Shown here: piece after piece, positions 52,287 through 64,000 of the stretch
How positions within the stretch are numbered: the first letter of the stretch is position 1
Layout: the number at the start of each line of letters is the position of its first letter
Source: an uncultured Chthonomonadaceae bacterium
GTDB lineage: Bacteria; Armatimonadota; Chthonomonadetes; Chthonomonadales; Chthonomonadaceae
DNA length: 64,000 nucleotides
Direction of reading: 5' to 3'
Assembly: GCA_963835065.1 (NCBI GenBank)
Contig: CAWIEK010000060.1
Location: 132,293 to 196,292 of the forward strand
Program-made: the position numbers and the translations under genes
Notes under the pieces: model-generated
Told to the model about the DNA's origin: nothing
The model's database searches: none
Seen by the model: only the letters and a program-made list of their open reading frames with translations

Positions 52287-54632
52287 TCAGCGTTTCGGGC
52301 GCATATTGACTTTCAGGGTGGCGTAGCCGTCAATCTGGAAATGCTCGACGTGCAGGGCGTGCTTGCCGCTTAATTTTACGTTTATGGTGTATGTTGTCGG
52401 GCCTTGATAATGCCACTCGTTGAGGATGGTTTTGCCGTCCAGTTGAACGCGGCAGCCATCATCCGTTGTCACTTCCAGCGTGTAATCGCCGGGCGGCACT
52501 TCCAGTTTGCCGTCCGCAATGGTGGCAAAATAGTTGGCGGGAACACCTTTGGCAAACGCGCCATACCCGGCGAAATCCAGTTGATCCATTTTCAGGGCGG
52601 TGATGGGCTTGCCGTTGGCAATCATTTGAGCGAAGGCTTCGGTTTTGGTACGCGGCTCCTGCGTGGTTGGATCGTAAGCGAAGAAGCGGACGTTCCAGTC
52701 AATGGGCGCGAAGAATTTGGAGTAGGCGAACGTGACGGGCGTATTGGCGGGCGTGGGGATGCCCCGGTAATCGGTTGTGGCCGCGCCCGTATATTCCAGT
52801 TCGATTCGCATGTCAACGGCTTTGCCCGGTTCCAATTGCACGTCCAGCGTTCCCGGCACACTCCCCGATTGCGCCGACCATGCAGATACGCCACGCGACG
52901 ATTTCACGCGCCATGTTCCCGCCGGACCGAGAACGTCAAACGCATAGGTTGTTTTCCCGCTTGCCGTATCTGCCACCGGTGTTTTGCCACGCGGCCACAA
53001 ACGCGGCGATTGAAAGTCGTATGGCCCCCACTCATCTACGAGAATGTACTGGCGTCCGCGCTTTTGATCGGGTTTGAGAAAAGCGTCCTGCCCGCCCTTC
53101 ATCGGCTTCGGCTCGTGGAGTAGAGCAATCAGATTCTCTGCCAGCGTCGTTCGATTTGGGTGTGGGCTTTGCGAAAAAGAGGGCGTCCATTCCTTCGGCT
53201 GATACCCGTTGGGGTCCCTGTCCGTCAGAAGAAAATTAGGCGGGATCGGCAACGCTTTGAAATTGTCGGCATTGCCTATCAACCGGTTCGACTCGATGTG
53301 CAGGCCCATTGTGTCGCCTGTTAATGCCAATGCGGGAGTAAGCACAGCGAACGTGTTGCCTCCCATCGTTACGTCGCGGGTGTCGCGCAGGGAAACGGCA
53401 TCGCGCAAAGGCCGTAAAATATTGTTGTCGTTAATGTGGTAGTTGTGACTGACGGTATCGTGGTGTTTGGGATAGCCCCAGGTCGGGTCCTGCGTTTTGT
53501 TCTGCCACAGCGCAATCGCTTCGCCGTCTTCGGTGAAGGTGTTATGCCTGATTTCGTTGTGCTGACCGTGTTCAATGGCAATAGCGCGATTGTTGCGGGC
53601 AAAGTAGTTGTTCAGAATTTGCGTGTCGTAGGAGTAGCCGCCCCAAATGCCGTTGTCGCACTCCTCGACGCGGTTGTTGACGATGGTGTTGCGGCTGAAC
53701 GTCACTTCGATGCCGTTCGTGGGCGCGTGGCTGAAATCGTTGCCGTAAATCAGGTTGTCGTTGCAGCCGTCCGCGCCCGTGTCCATAGTTCGCTGTCCCG
53801 CCCACAGGAAAAAGCCGTCTCCGCCGTGCGTAACCGAGTTGTAGGCAAAAGTGTTCTTTTTGCACTGGTCAAAGACAAGAATGCCCGCCGAGTCCTGGCC
53901 CCGGTTGTACACGCCATGCGAATAGCCCCTTACACACCAGTCCACTTTGTTGTGGAACACGCGGTTGTCGCTGGACTGGTACATGCCGATGCCAAGCCCG
54001 CTCAGGAACGAAAAGTTGTTGTTCCAGACCAGTCCTTTGTTGCAGCGCGTCAGCATCAGGCCGCACTGCCCGCCCTGTATGGTGTTTCCCCGCGCCTCGA
54101 AATTATCGCAGTCCTGCAAATACGCGCCCGCCCCGTACCGCAGCCACTCCTCTTTCTCGTTGTGGTGGTACGACATCCAATCTTCGAGGTCTTCGCGTTC
54201 CAGCGTACTGCGCAGATGCTGCTTCCAGTTGTAGGAAAAATCGCTGTCCAGAATTTTCAGGCCGGGGCAGTGACGGGCAATCAGGCCGATTTTGTAACCC
54301 CGGACGCGCAGATGTTTCAGCGTGACATTACGCCCTTCCACGACAATGCCCGTTCCCTTGCGCTCGTCCGGCTGTGCGGTCAAGGGTGTGCCGCGCAATT
54401 CCGCCCCGGCAAAATCAACGGTCAAATTGTCGCCCCGCACCGTAATCGCGCCCGCTTTGCCGCCCTCATCCTCGGAAGACAGTTCATACACGCCCGGCGC
54501 AATCTTCCCCGAACGCGCAATAACAGCATCCTTACGCAGAGTCATATCTTGCGGCTGACGTGACGCTTCCGCCCCCACAGCGCACAACACGCTCAACCCT
54601 ATTCCCAACATCAGCAGGCAAGCAAAACGCAT
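52287..54632 (-). CDS. Secreted right-handed parallel beta-helix protein with C-terminal PA14 domain
   Basis: Signal peptide; Asn-ladder repeats; C-term YTLEVTTDDGCRVQLDG..NEW..Q. Confidence 0.85.
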   Translation of the reverse strand: MRFACLLMLGIGLSVLCAVGAEASRQPQDMTLRKDAVIARSGKIAPGVYELSSEDEGGKAGAITVRGDNLTVDFAGAELRGTPLTAQPDERKGTGIVVEGRNVTLKHLRVRGYKIGLIARHCPGLKILDSDFSYNWKQHLRSTLEREDLEDWMSYHHNEKEEWLRYGAGAYLQDCDNFEARGNTIQGGQCGLMLTRCNKGLVWNNNFSFLSGLGIGMYQSSDNRVFHNKVDWCVRGYSHGVYNRGQDSAGILVFDQCKKNTFAYNSVTHGGDGFFLWAGQRTMDTGADGCNDNLIYGNDFSHAPTNGIEVTFSRNTIVNNRVEECDNGIWGGYSYDTQILNNYFARNNRAIAIEHGQHNEIRHNTFTEDGEAIALWQNKTQDPTWGYPKHHDTVSHNYHINDNNILRPLRDAVSLRDTRDVTMGGNTFAVLTPALALTGDTMGLHIESNRLIGNADNFKALPIPPNFLLTDRDPNGYQPKEWTPSFSQSPHPNRTTLAENLIALLHEPKPMKGGQDAFLKPDQKRGRQYILVDEWGPYDFQSPRLWPRGKTPVADTASGKTTYAFDVLGPAGTWRVKSSRGVSAWSAQSGSVPGTLDVQLEPGKAVDMRIELEYTGAATTDYRGIPTPANTPVTFAYSKFFAPIDWNVRFFAYDPTTQEPRTKTEAFAQMIANGKPITALKMDQLDFAGYGAFAKGVPANYFATIADGKLEVPPGDYTLEVTTDDGCRVQLDGKTILNEWHYQGPTTYTINVKLSGKHALHVEHFQIDGYATLKVNMRPKR

Positions 54633-54667
54633 TTTCAACAGCCCTTCCCAATGATCTTCGTAAACGG

Positions 54668-54976
54668 TCATACGGAGGCAGCCGCGACTTCCTGAATCGG
54701 CGGCGTTGCCGAAGTTTGCGCCACGCTTTCGGCTAACATGCGCTCGAACGTTTCCCGATCCGCAATGCCCCAATTATCTACAGTGACTTCCGCCATCAGC
54801 AAATCAATGGGCGGAACCACTTCATCGGCCTTGAACAATGGCAGCAAAATCACGCCGCCCTGCTGTTCATGCGGCTCAAAGCGTAGGTGCGAATTGGCAA
54901 CAACACACCTCACGTAACCAAGTTTGAGCAGGACGCGCTCTAGCGTTGCCATTGTTATTGTGTTAAGACTCATCAT
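54668..54976 (-). CDS. Small HicA-like protein
   Basis: 102 aa; LERVLLKLGY..NSHLRF resembles the HicA GSH motif; overlaps the DUF4365 stop. Confidence 0.5.
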   Translation of the reverse strand: MMSLNTITMATLERVLLKLGYVRCVVANSHLRFEPHEQQGGVILLPLFKADEVVPPIDLLMAEVTVDNWGIADRETFERMLAESVAQTSATPPIQEVAAASV

Positions 54977-55469
54977 GCACCACCTGTTGAGTTTGCTGAA
55001 ACACGCGATTTTGGAAGCGAGCAAACGACTGCATCGCGTTTTGATTGACAATATTGTTCACAGGAATTCGCACAGTGACAGTTCGCCCTACCTGTGACAG
55101 ATCAAAACCGGGCTGACGCTGAAAATAGGCTTGAATGTACAGCCAGTAGGCAACGTCCGCCTGAGCATCATAGATGATTAACATCAGGGGCGGCACTTGC
55201 AGAATCCAGAACTCTAAATCCGATGAACTAACCGTAAACAAAATACTGGAGCCGTCAGCAGTCAAGCGTAGACTGTCAGTTGCCTTCAACTGAAACAACA
55301 CCGCGCCATCCTCAATCTCACCTTGATTATTGTACGTTGTCAGTACCAGATCAATGCCATAATCATCCAGTTTGCGAGCAACCGTGTAACCTGCCAACAG
55401 CGCGTGACGTTCTACATGGTTGACGCTTAAATCCGCGATAATGTGTTCACGAGTTCGACGTTTACGCAT
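54963..55469 (-). CDS. DUF4365 PD-(D/E)xK nuclease-fold protein
   Basis: DDYGIDL..FQLKAT..P.MLIIYD..AYW. Confidence 0.8.
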   Translation of the reverse strand: MRKRRTREHIIADLSVNHVERHALLAGYTVARKLDDYGIDLVLTTYNNQGEIEDGAVLFQLKATDSLRLTADGSSILFTVSSSDLEFWILQVPPLMLIIYDAQADVAYWLYIQAYFQRQPGFDLSQVGRTVTVRIPVNNIVNQNAMQSFARFQNRVFQQTQQVVHDES

Positions 55470-55470
55470 T

Positions 55471-56790
55471 TTACCTGTCTTGTTCTCCAAAAGCAAATTG
55501 CCGCGCTAGAGCGGTTCGGACACGTTGCGCCTGTGCGCCCGTTGTTTGCAGGGTCGCTTGTTCCAATAGGGTCAGCAAGACAGGACGCAGGATCACTTGC
55601 GACTGCCGCGTACCGGCAAGCGGGGCGCGAATATCTATGCGCTGTTCCGAGGCTTCGGCATTGGCAGTCGGGTAAAGAATCACGGCTCCCTGTGCGCAGC
55701 CGCCGAGCAAAGCGTACATTGTCAGTTGGTACAGCATCGCGGGCGGCAGGGACTTTTCCCACAGGTCACGATACTTCGCGTCCAGAATAGCGACGGTCTT
55801 GCCCTGTTCGAGAACGATGTAATCCGGGCGCAAGGTGGGCGGTGGATGATTTTGCGGATTGTATGCCTTGTTGTACGCAAGAACATTGGAAAGTCGCGTT
55901 TGGTCGCGCACAACATAACCGGGCAGATTTTCACGCAGAAACTTCGACAGCAGAGCCTCAAAAAAGTGGTTCATGTCGAACAGAAAACCTCGCAACGGCA
56001 GCGCAGGTTCGTCACTATCCAGATGAACGCCCGCGCCTGCCAGCAGCAGTTCGATAAGCGTAAAAGTAGGTTGGTACGCCCTTGTCAGGCGCGTGGTTTG
56101 GGCGCGGAGGCGGGCAAACGTTTCGCGGTTCAGGCGAACGGGCGTCACGTCCTCGCGCAGCAATCCGGCAAGGCGATGCAGGCGCGTTTTCAAGTGCGCA
56201 GACAACGCGGCATTTGCGCCCCACATCAGGCCACTGAGCAGCACTTGATTGGGCAGCGTATTTTGCGAACGGGGATAATGGATGCAGGGAAGCGTGGCGC
56301 GTCCCGTACTCCCGGCAAGCGCCAGTTTGCGCATATCAAGGCTGCCGCGCAGGGTTGCCAACTCTTCCTCGGAACGGCGGTACTGACGCTGCAAGCCCCG
56401 CGCCAGCAGTTCCGCCGCTTCGAGTGCCAATTGATGCAGCAGCAGGTCTTGAAACGCTTCGGGTTCGCTGTCAAAAGTGGTATCCGCAAACAAATCGAGA
56501 TTGCGCAAATCGTAAGCGTAGCGCAGCAGGCGCAGCAGCGAAGGGGCGGGTATCTTGGGGCGAATGGTGACGGTGACATTGCCGATCTGAATTCTGCCAA
56601 CGTGGGCATACGCCTGCAGTCTCAAGCCTTCGCGCAGTTCCGTTACGGTTAAAATCTCGGAATGTGCCAGTCGCTCCACAAGGGCGCGTGTGCCGGCATC
56701 CGTCACAAGCCGCGCATCGCGCAGAGTTGGTTCCGTTTGCGGCGTTCGGATTTCCCACTCCGCAAGCCGAATGTGGATCGGGAAATTCAT
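55471..56790 (-). CDS. mcrC: McrC-family restriction nuclease subunit
   Basis: HVGRIQ, RPKI, FLFDMNHFFE, LRPD, LDAKY, LYQL. Confidence 0.9.
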   Translation of the reverse strand: MNFPIHIRLAEWEIRTPQTEPTLRDARLVTDAGTRALVERLAHSEILTVTELREGLRLQAYAHVGRIQIGNVTVTIRPKIPAPSLLRLLRYAYDLRNLDLFADTTFDSEPEAFQDLLLHQLALEAAELLARGLQRQYRRSEEELATLRGSLDMRKLALAGSTGRATLPCIHYPRSQNTLPNQVLLSGLMWGANAALSAHLKTRLHRLAGLLREDVTPVRLNRETFARLRAQTTRLTRAYQPTFTLIELLLAGAGVHLDSDEPALPLRGFLFDMNHFFEALLSKFLRENLPGYVVRDQTRLSNVLAYNKAYNPQNHPPPTLRPDYIVLEQGKTVAILDAKYRDLWEKSLPPAMLYQLTMYALLGGCAQGAVILYPTANAEASEQRIDIRAPLAGTRQSQVILRPVLLTLLEQATLQTTGAQAQRVRTALARQFAFGEQDR

Positions 56791-59295
56791 TCGCTGTTGT
56801 CCGTCGCCTCCGTATCGTCCTCGGCGTCATTATCCAGTTCCTGCGCCTCGTTTTGCGCTTCCGCTTCCAGCATTACGGCCTGTGAGGTAGCGGTAATTTC
56901 GGGACACGGGGCCAGCAGCGCGGTAATCAACTCATCCTGTCGCGCCGGTTCAAACAACTCGTCGCGGACTTGCTGTTTCTGTCCATCCACAAGACTGCTT
57001 CCCAATATCTTTTCCAGCGCGGCGTAATCCTCGTAGCAGTATTCTTCCAGCAGGGGAACAATGTCTTCGCGCAACACGCGGCTTAAATGCGCAAAGTCGC
57101 GTATGGGACGCCCATTTTCCAGAAAGTAGGAATGTCCGATTTGCAGGTTGCGGGCATCGCGCCCTACGTGTTCGCAAATGCGGGCGTTCAGCGCGTCCAG
57201 CCATGCGGCAAGGGGAATACCCTCAATCAGCGTTCGTGCCAGCGTGGAACTGTCGGGCATAAGTTCGATGAAGCCGAAGCGTCGGCGCAGGGCGGCGTCC
57301 AGCAGCGCGATAGAGCGATCCGCCGTATTCATGGTTCCGATCACGTACACGTTTGTCGGCACGGCAAATGACGTTTTGCTCAACGGCAGCACAACCGTTT
57401 TGCCTCGCTTGTTGCTTTCCAGCAGGGTGAGCAGTTCCCCGAAAATACGCGGAATGTCGCCCCGGTTGATTTCATCCACAAGCAGGTAATAGTTGCGGTT
57501 CGGGTTCGCGCTTGCGTCTTCACACAAGCGTTTTGAAAATGCCGTTTCGCAGTTCAAACAGCATTTGCCCATCCTGCGCATGAGGCCGATAGCCTTCCAG
57601 AAAATCCTCATACCCATACGCCGGATGAAAACAGCACCAGCGCACAAGTCCCCCATTAGCACTATCACCATTGACAACGGTACGTTCCTCTGCCGTAAGC
57701 GCCTCATACGCTTTGCCAAACGCAGAACGCGCCGCCAACTCACGAGCCGCAATTTCCGCCCAATACGTTTTGCCCGTTCCCGGCGGCCCATACAAAATCA
57801 CCTGCCCCTTGCGTTCCAACACGGCTTCAATTCGTGCAGGAATCCCACTCAACGGCGACACAAAAACCGGGATTGCTATTTTAGGTGTATTGGGAGGTGT
57901 CAGAGGCGGAGGCGTTCTACCGAAAATATGCTCTTCCAATTCAAGTTGATTGTCGTACTTGCGCAAGTTGTAAACGGTTGTCCGCAGACCTTCATGGGCA
58001 ACTCAATTCGTGCAGGTACGCCGCTTAATGCTTGTAAAGGTGCCAGTTGTGGTTCAGTCTGTAATGAAGGATTCATCTGTACTGGAGAAGCAATTGGAAG
58101 TAAAGCCGAGTCTTTTCTATAAATTACCTCCTCGGTCGCCAATCTGTTTTCGTAACGACGCAGTTCAGTTAGAAAGCCTGTTGAATTGTCCTTCCGAACA
58201 GGCAAAACCCACTCTTCAAGAGAAAGCCACTCAACAAGCCGTTGCTGTGAATAGTTAATATCGTCAACGAATTGGTAGTCGCTGACAATCCGCCCAACTC
58301 CTAATACATAATGTTCAGAACACGCGACGATGAATCTTGGCTCTGTATAGCAGCCACAAAATTATATAATTGGTTTGCATCAGCGTGGAATACTTCATTC
58401 ATGTCATGATAAAGTTCATCAAAATACTCTTTTATGATGCTTTTGAGGTAGTTAGAACTCCGGTGGTTGGTTAAATCGCCTATTTTATGTAATTGGAGCG
58501 CAATAAAGCCACTACTGCGCATCTTTTGCCATCTCTGATCATCATAGCCAATGAAAACACGCCAGTAGCGATATGGACGCCCATTGCGCTGGTTCAGCAC
58601 TTCCTTAAACATATAGAGGGGCATTACCAACTCATCTGCTAACCTAACATAATGTCCAGTTGCAAGATAGCGTCCTTTTTCTGATGGAGGTAATTGAAGT
58701 ATTCGCAGCAAATGATGATGTTGGTAGTAGGTATTGTGGAAGCCGTCTATTTTGTCCGGGTAGATCAGGCTGAAGTATTTATGCGCCCAAGCAAAATCCT
58801 GTACATTAGGCGCGATGTGTGCTAACTCTTGCTGTAGATACTCGTAATCTATTTGCCGCGCATATGAGGAAAACTTTCCAGTAGTTCACATGCGGACAGA
58901 AGTTGATTACGGCGTTCACGCGCCATCTGAACGGCTTGCTGTTCTGCAAGCGTTTCTTGTTTTGCAGGGCTACCGGTAATCCATTCGCCCGTCGCGCTAC
59001 GGCGGTATAGACCAAATTTCAAAGCGCTACCGCCAGCAATGCTGCCGAAGCGCGTACTCGGAAATTCGGCATCGTTCTTAAACTCTAGCCAGTACACCAT
59101 GCTGTCATGGTTGGAACTGTCGAACATGGTATTCAGCAGTTCCGTACCGTCAAGGTTGCTCAACCGTTCTGGCCCGAACCGTTGCCGAAAAGCCTTGTAA
59201 TACGTGTCCAGTTTGGACTGAGACAGCAGTTTGCCCTCCGCCTCCATTTTGTCGCGCAGTTCACGAAGTTCTTCGGCAATTTTCGGATGCAGCAT
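56787..59295 (-). CDS. mcrB: McrB-family AAA+ GTPase with a large N-terminal recognition region (several frameshifts)
   Basis: AGGAG RBS; ILYGPPGTGKT, FHPAYGYEDF, DEINRG, GTMNTADRS, ALRRRF. Confidence 0.9.
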
Positions 59296-59626
59296 CAGAC
59301 AGGTTTCTCCTTCGGCGATGCCCGTGCAAAACCTATTTTAATTTTTGCGCGGCTGTGTTAACGAAGTCCGCCTACGCGGTCTCAAGGCGTTCATCATCCA
59401 CGCTGTAAGCGCATCTTTGACAATATATTCGCGCCTATGCTGCGTGTCCTCGCCGTGTCCGCGCAGGCGGACACTTGGCGGAACGCCCTACAGCAAAGAA
59501 ATTCATTGTTCCTGTCCAATTCTCGTTGCTGAGGTATTATACACGTATCTTCTCCTGTAGCGATCTCGAAGTTCCTATTTTGGAGAGAGAACGCTTCCCG
59601 CGCCTCTCTTCGCAAGGAGTATTCCT

Positions 59627-59831
59627 ATGGCGCGTATTCGCATTTGCCTTGAAGATGATCAGGGGCAGCCCCTGTTGCCGGGAACGGAACAGGTGTATGC
59701 GCTCGCCGGAGCCTGTAATACGCTCGACACCATTGAGCAGGCGGTCGAAGACTGGCGCAAGAAAGCCCTTCCCGACATCGAAAAGACGCTCCTGCTCAGC
59801 GCCCAGCAGGAAGCCATTGCTAAAAAAAAAG
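59627..59831 (+). mobile_element. Probable N-terminal ORF of an IS, interrupted at an A9 run
   Basis: Short ORF with RBS whose sequence reaches AAAAAAAAAG just where the ISL3 end begins; family not securely recognised. Confidence 0.35.
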
Positions 59832-60455
59832 GGCACTACCGTAAAGAGTGTGGAGAGGTAGCATTTTGGGCTATACTCTTGCATCATGCAAGATACACAA
59901 TTATATCATCAACTCCTGGGCGTGGAAGCGCCGTGGTTTGTTCAAGATGTGCAACTCGACATGGAAGCGCAAGCCGTGCGCGTGTACCTTAACTTCGACG
60001 GCAGCAAGGCCGCGTTCTGCTGTCCTGAGTGCGGACAGTACGCCAACCTCTATGACCGCCGCGAAGTCCGGGCGTGGCGGCATCTGGACAGTTGCCAGTT
60101 CTTGACCTACCTTGTCGCCTCCTTGCCACGTGTCTCGTGCAAGCAACATGGCATCTTGACGCCCGCCGTGTTCTGGTGCGAACCCAACAGCCGCTACACG
60201 GCCCTCTTCGAGCGCTTTGCCCTAGACGTGTTGTTGGCAACGCAAGTGCAAGGCCGCGCCGCCAAGTTGCTGCGTCTGTCCGGCGAACAAACGGCTTACC
60301 TCATGCGCAAAGCGGTGGCACGTGGTCTGCAACGTCGCGAGGCGTCTGAGGCGGTGGCGCATCTCGGCTTGGATGAGAAAGCCTTCCAGCAAGGGCATAC
60401 CTATGCCACCATCTTGACCGACTTAGACGGCGGGCGCGTGATTGACCTCGTAATA
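59832..60455 (+). mobile_element. ISL3-family element: left end and truncated transposase (ATG 59886)
   Basis: End GGCACTACCGTAAAGAGTGTGG; protein CPECG..WRHLD..PRVSC..HG zinc finger, GLDEKAF, YATILTD. Confidence 0.88.
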
Positions 60456-60464
60456 GAGAGTGTT

Positions 60465-62515
<2,051 letters not shown>

Positions 62516-62538
62516 GGCGCCTCGCTCGGACATAACCG

Positions 62539-62556
62539 CATAAATATATCTTTATG
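62539..62556. promoter_or_regulatory. Palindromic operator upstream of metH (SahR-like)
   Basis: CATAAATATATCTTTATG, an AT-rich palindrome in GC-rich DNA about 25 bp before the metH start; resembles the alphaproteobacterial SahR box as recalled. Confidence 0.6.
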
Positions 62557-62630
62557 TCGCTAGAGGCAAGCGCGGGCGTCGGAGTCTCGCTTGCAACGCG
62601 CGGGAGCTTGGTGCAAAAGGGCCGGGCTTT

Positions 62631-62706
62631 AGGAGTGTAGCTCAACTGGCAGAGCACCGGTCTCCAAAACCGGGGGTTGGGGGTTCGAGTCCCTCCACTC
62701 CTGCCA
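62631..62706 (+). tRNA. tRNA-Trp (CCA)
   Basis: 76-nt cloverleaf; anticodon arm CCGGT-CTCCAAA-ACCGG; GTTCGAG T-loop; encoded CCA end. Confidence 0.97.
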
Positions 62707-62995
62707 GAAATCAAAGACATACGAAAATCTTGCCCTACGTGGCGGAATTCTGGGTAACGCCTGGGGAACAGCTGCGGTTTTTCGCCGCTGGCGGCTTCGT
62801 GCGGAAATCGCGTTCCGAACGACAACGCCGCCGGTGAGGGCGGGCGCGACGGTACGCGGGTGCGCAGGTCAGGCCGTTGTGGGGCAGCTTCCCCGACCCA
62901 TACAATGCGCTGAGTTACGCTAGGCGTGGTCCAATTAATTACGAACCGCGCATCGCGCGGCACATTAGTCTTTTCATTTCTGGGCCGCAATTCTT

Positions 62996-63618
62996 ATGTT
63001 AAATCCTCGCCTGTCGACACTTGCAGCGCTCTTGAGTTTGGCCATTGCGCCAGCCAACGCCGACGACCCCGGCAAATCCTTTCTCGATAAAGCAAAAAGT
63101 AAGGCCGCGGAAATTGGCGCGGCGGCGTCCGAGACGCTCCCCAATCTGCCTTCGCTCACCATGCCTTCGCTGTCTGTCCCGTCCGTGTCGCAAATGCAAG
63201 ACGAGGCTCTTAAGCGCTTTTCCGAATTTACCGACGATATCGGAGTAACGCTGCCTGCACTCGACCGGATGGGATATGAAGTGGCGAGCTTTCGAGTAAG
63301 TTGGGCGCTGCCGCCGAAAGCCAAATTGCGCTTACGTCGAAGCCGGTGCTGGACGAAACGCAAGTTGACAGAGCAGTTGAATCATCAACTGCCAAGGGGT
63401 GCGTGGCTTCAGCCGTCTTGGTGGCCGCCGCGGAAGCAAAGCGCATCCAGCGTTCACTCCGCATGGGCACCGCGATTGTAGATATCGAATTCGCCGTACC
63501 GCCTAGAGTTAGGATGTCCTTCCTACCCTTGAAGTCAGCTGGTCCGGGTAGCAGCAGTAGCGAACGCTCCCTTGATGACGTGGATTTCCTGTGCTCGGGA
63601 TCGCTGGGTGATAGATAG
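62996..63618 (+). CDS. Hypothetical secreted protein (frameshift near 63335)
   Basis: Signal peptide ending ANA-D; two overlapping ORFs join into one plausible protein. Confidence 0.55.
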
Positions 63619-63784
63619 AGCTTCGAGAAACGGTCTATTTCCTTGTCCGTGATCTTCAGCGAGGGCTTTGCCGCGCGCGGCGGCGCGCCGGACGGCGCCG
63701 GCAACCCCAACGAGACTGCCCCGGAACGCCCGTCGTAGCTCATCCCGAACTGCGACATAAAATTCCGGAGCAACCCCCTTCAGA

Positions 63785-64000
63785 TCACGCCAGGAAACTG
63801 CGCCCCGAGGGCTTGGCGTAGGGCGAGAGGTCGCGCTTGAGGAACTGGCCGTCGGCCTTTTCGCCCAGGATGCGCCCTTCCTCCGCCACCACCTTGCCGC
63901 GCAGGATCGTCACGACCGGCCAGCCGGTCACCGTCATGCCTTCGTAGGGGGTGTAGTCGGCGCCGTGGTGCATGATCTCCTGCCGGATCGTTTCGCGCCG
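63785..64000 (-). CDS. hydA: Dihydropyrimidinase / D-hydantoinase, C-terminal part
   Basis: HHGADYTPYEG..VTGWPV.TILRG.VV. Confidence 0.85.
   Translation of the reverse strand, partial: RRETIRQEIMHHGADYTPYEGMTVTGWPVVTILRGKVVAEEGRILGEKADGQFLKRDLSPYAKPSGRSFLA

Noticed and set aside
53436..56652. Long plus-strand ORFs 53436-54563 and 55597-56652
   Set aside because: Antisense shadows of the beta-helix gene and mcrC

Overview
Bases 1-~60455 come from one bacterium, probably Armatimonadota/PVC-like; this is inferred from the PEP-CTERM proteins, exosortase and an H-X9-DG-like motif protein. Bases 1-44212 are a co-directional surface-glycan locus. It holds about 18 GT2/GT4 glycosyltransferases, 4 methyltransferases, an O-acyltransferase, a GT-C membrane transferase, three O-antigen ligase/polymerase-like proteins, Wzx, Wzc and Wza. 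Its core is PP2C - PEP-CTERM - exosortase - EpsI - PPIase. Downstream are an M1 aminopeptidase, a three-gene cluster (uncharacterised VOC-fold Fe-dioxygenase-like protein, aldehyde dehydrogenase, class-III aminotransferase; possibly lysine/2-oxoadipate catabolism), a beta-helix/PA14 protein, a four-gene McrB-McrC-DUF4365-HicA-like defence operon and nested IS remnants. Many intergenic spaces hold palindromic cassettes built from 7-10 bp tandem repeats, some nested several layers deep and some carrying MITE/REP cores. At ~60455-60465 an ISL3 transposase abuts a truncated, much more GC-rich alphaproteobacterial-style segment (metH, tRNA-Trp, a hypothetical gene, hydA 3' end); this is most likely a chimeric join. 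Many genes are split by single-base indels that look like long-read errors, so several boundaries are approximate. All family calls are from motif recognition by eye; no searches were run.
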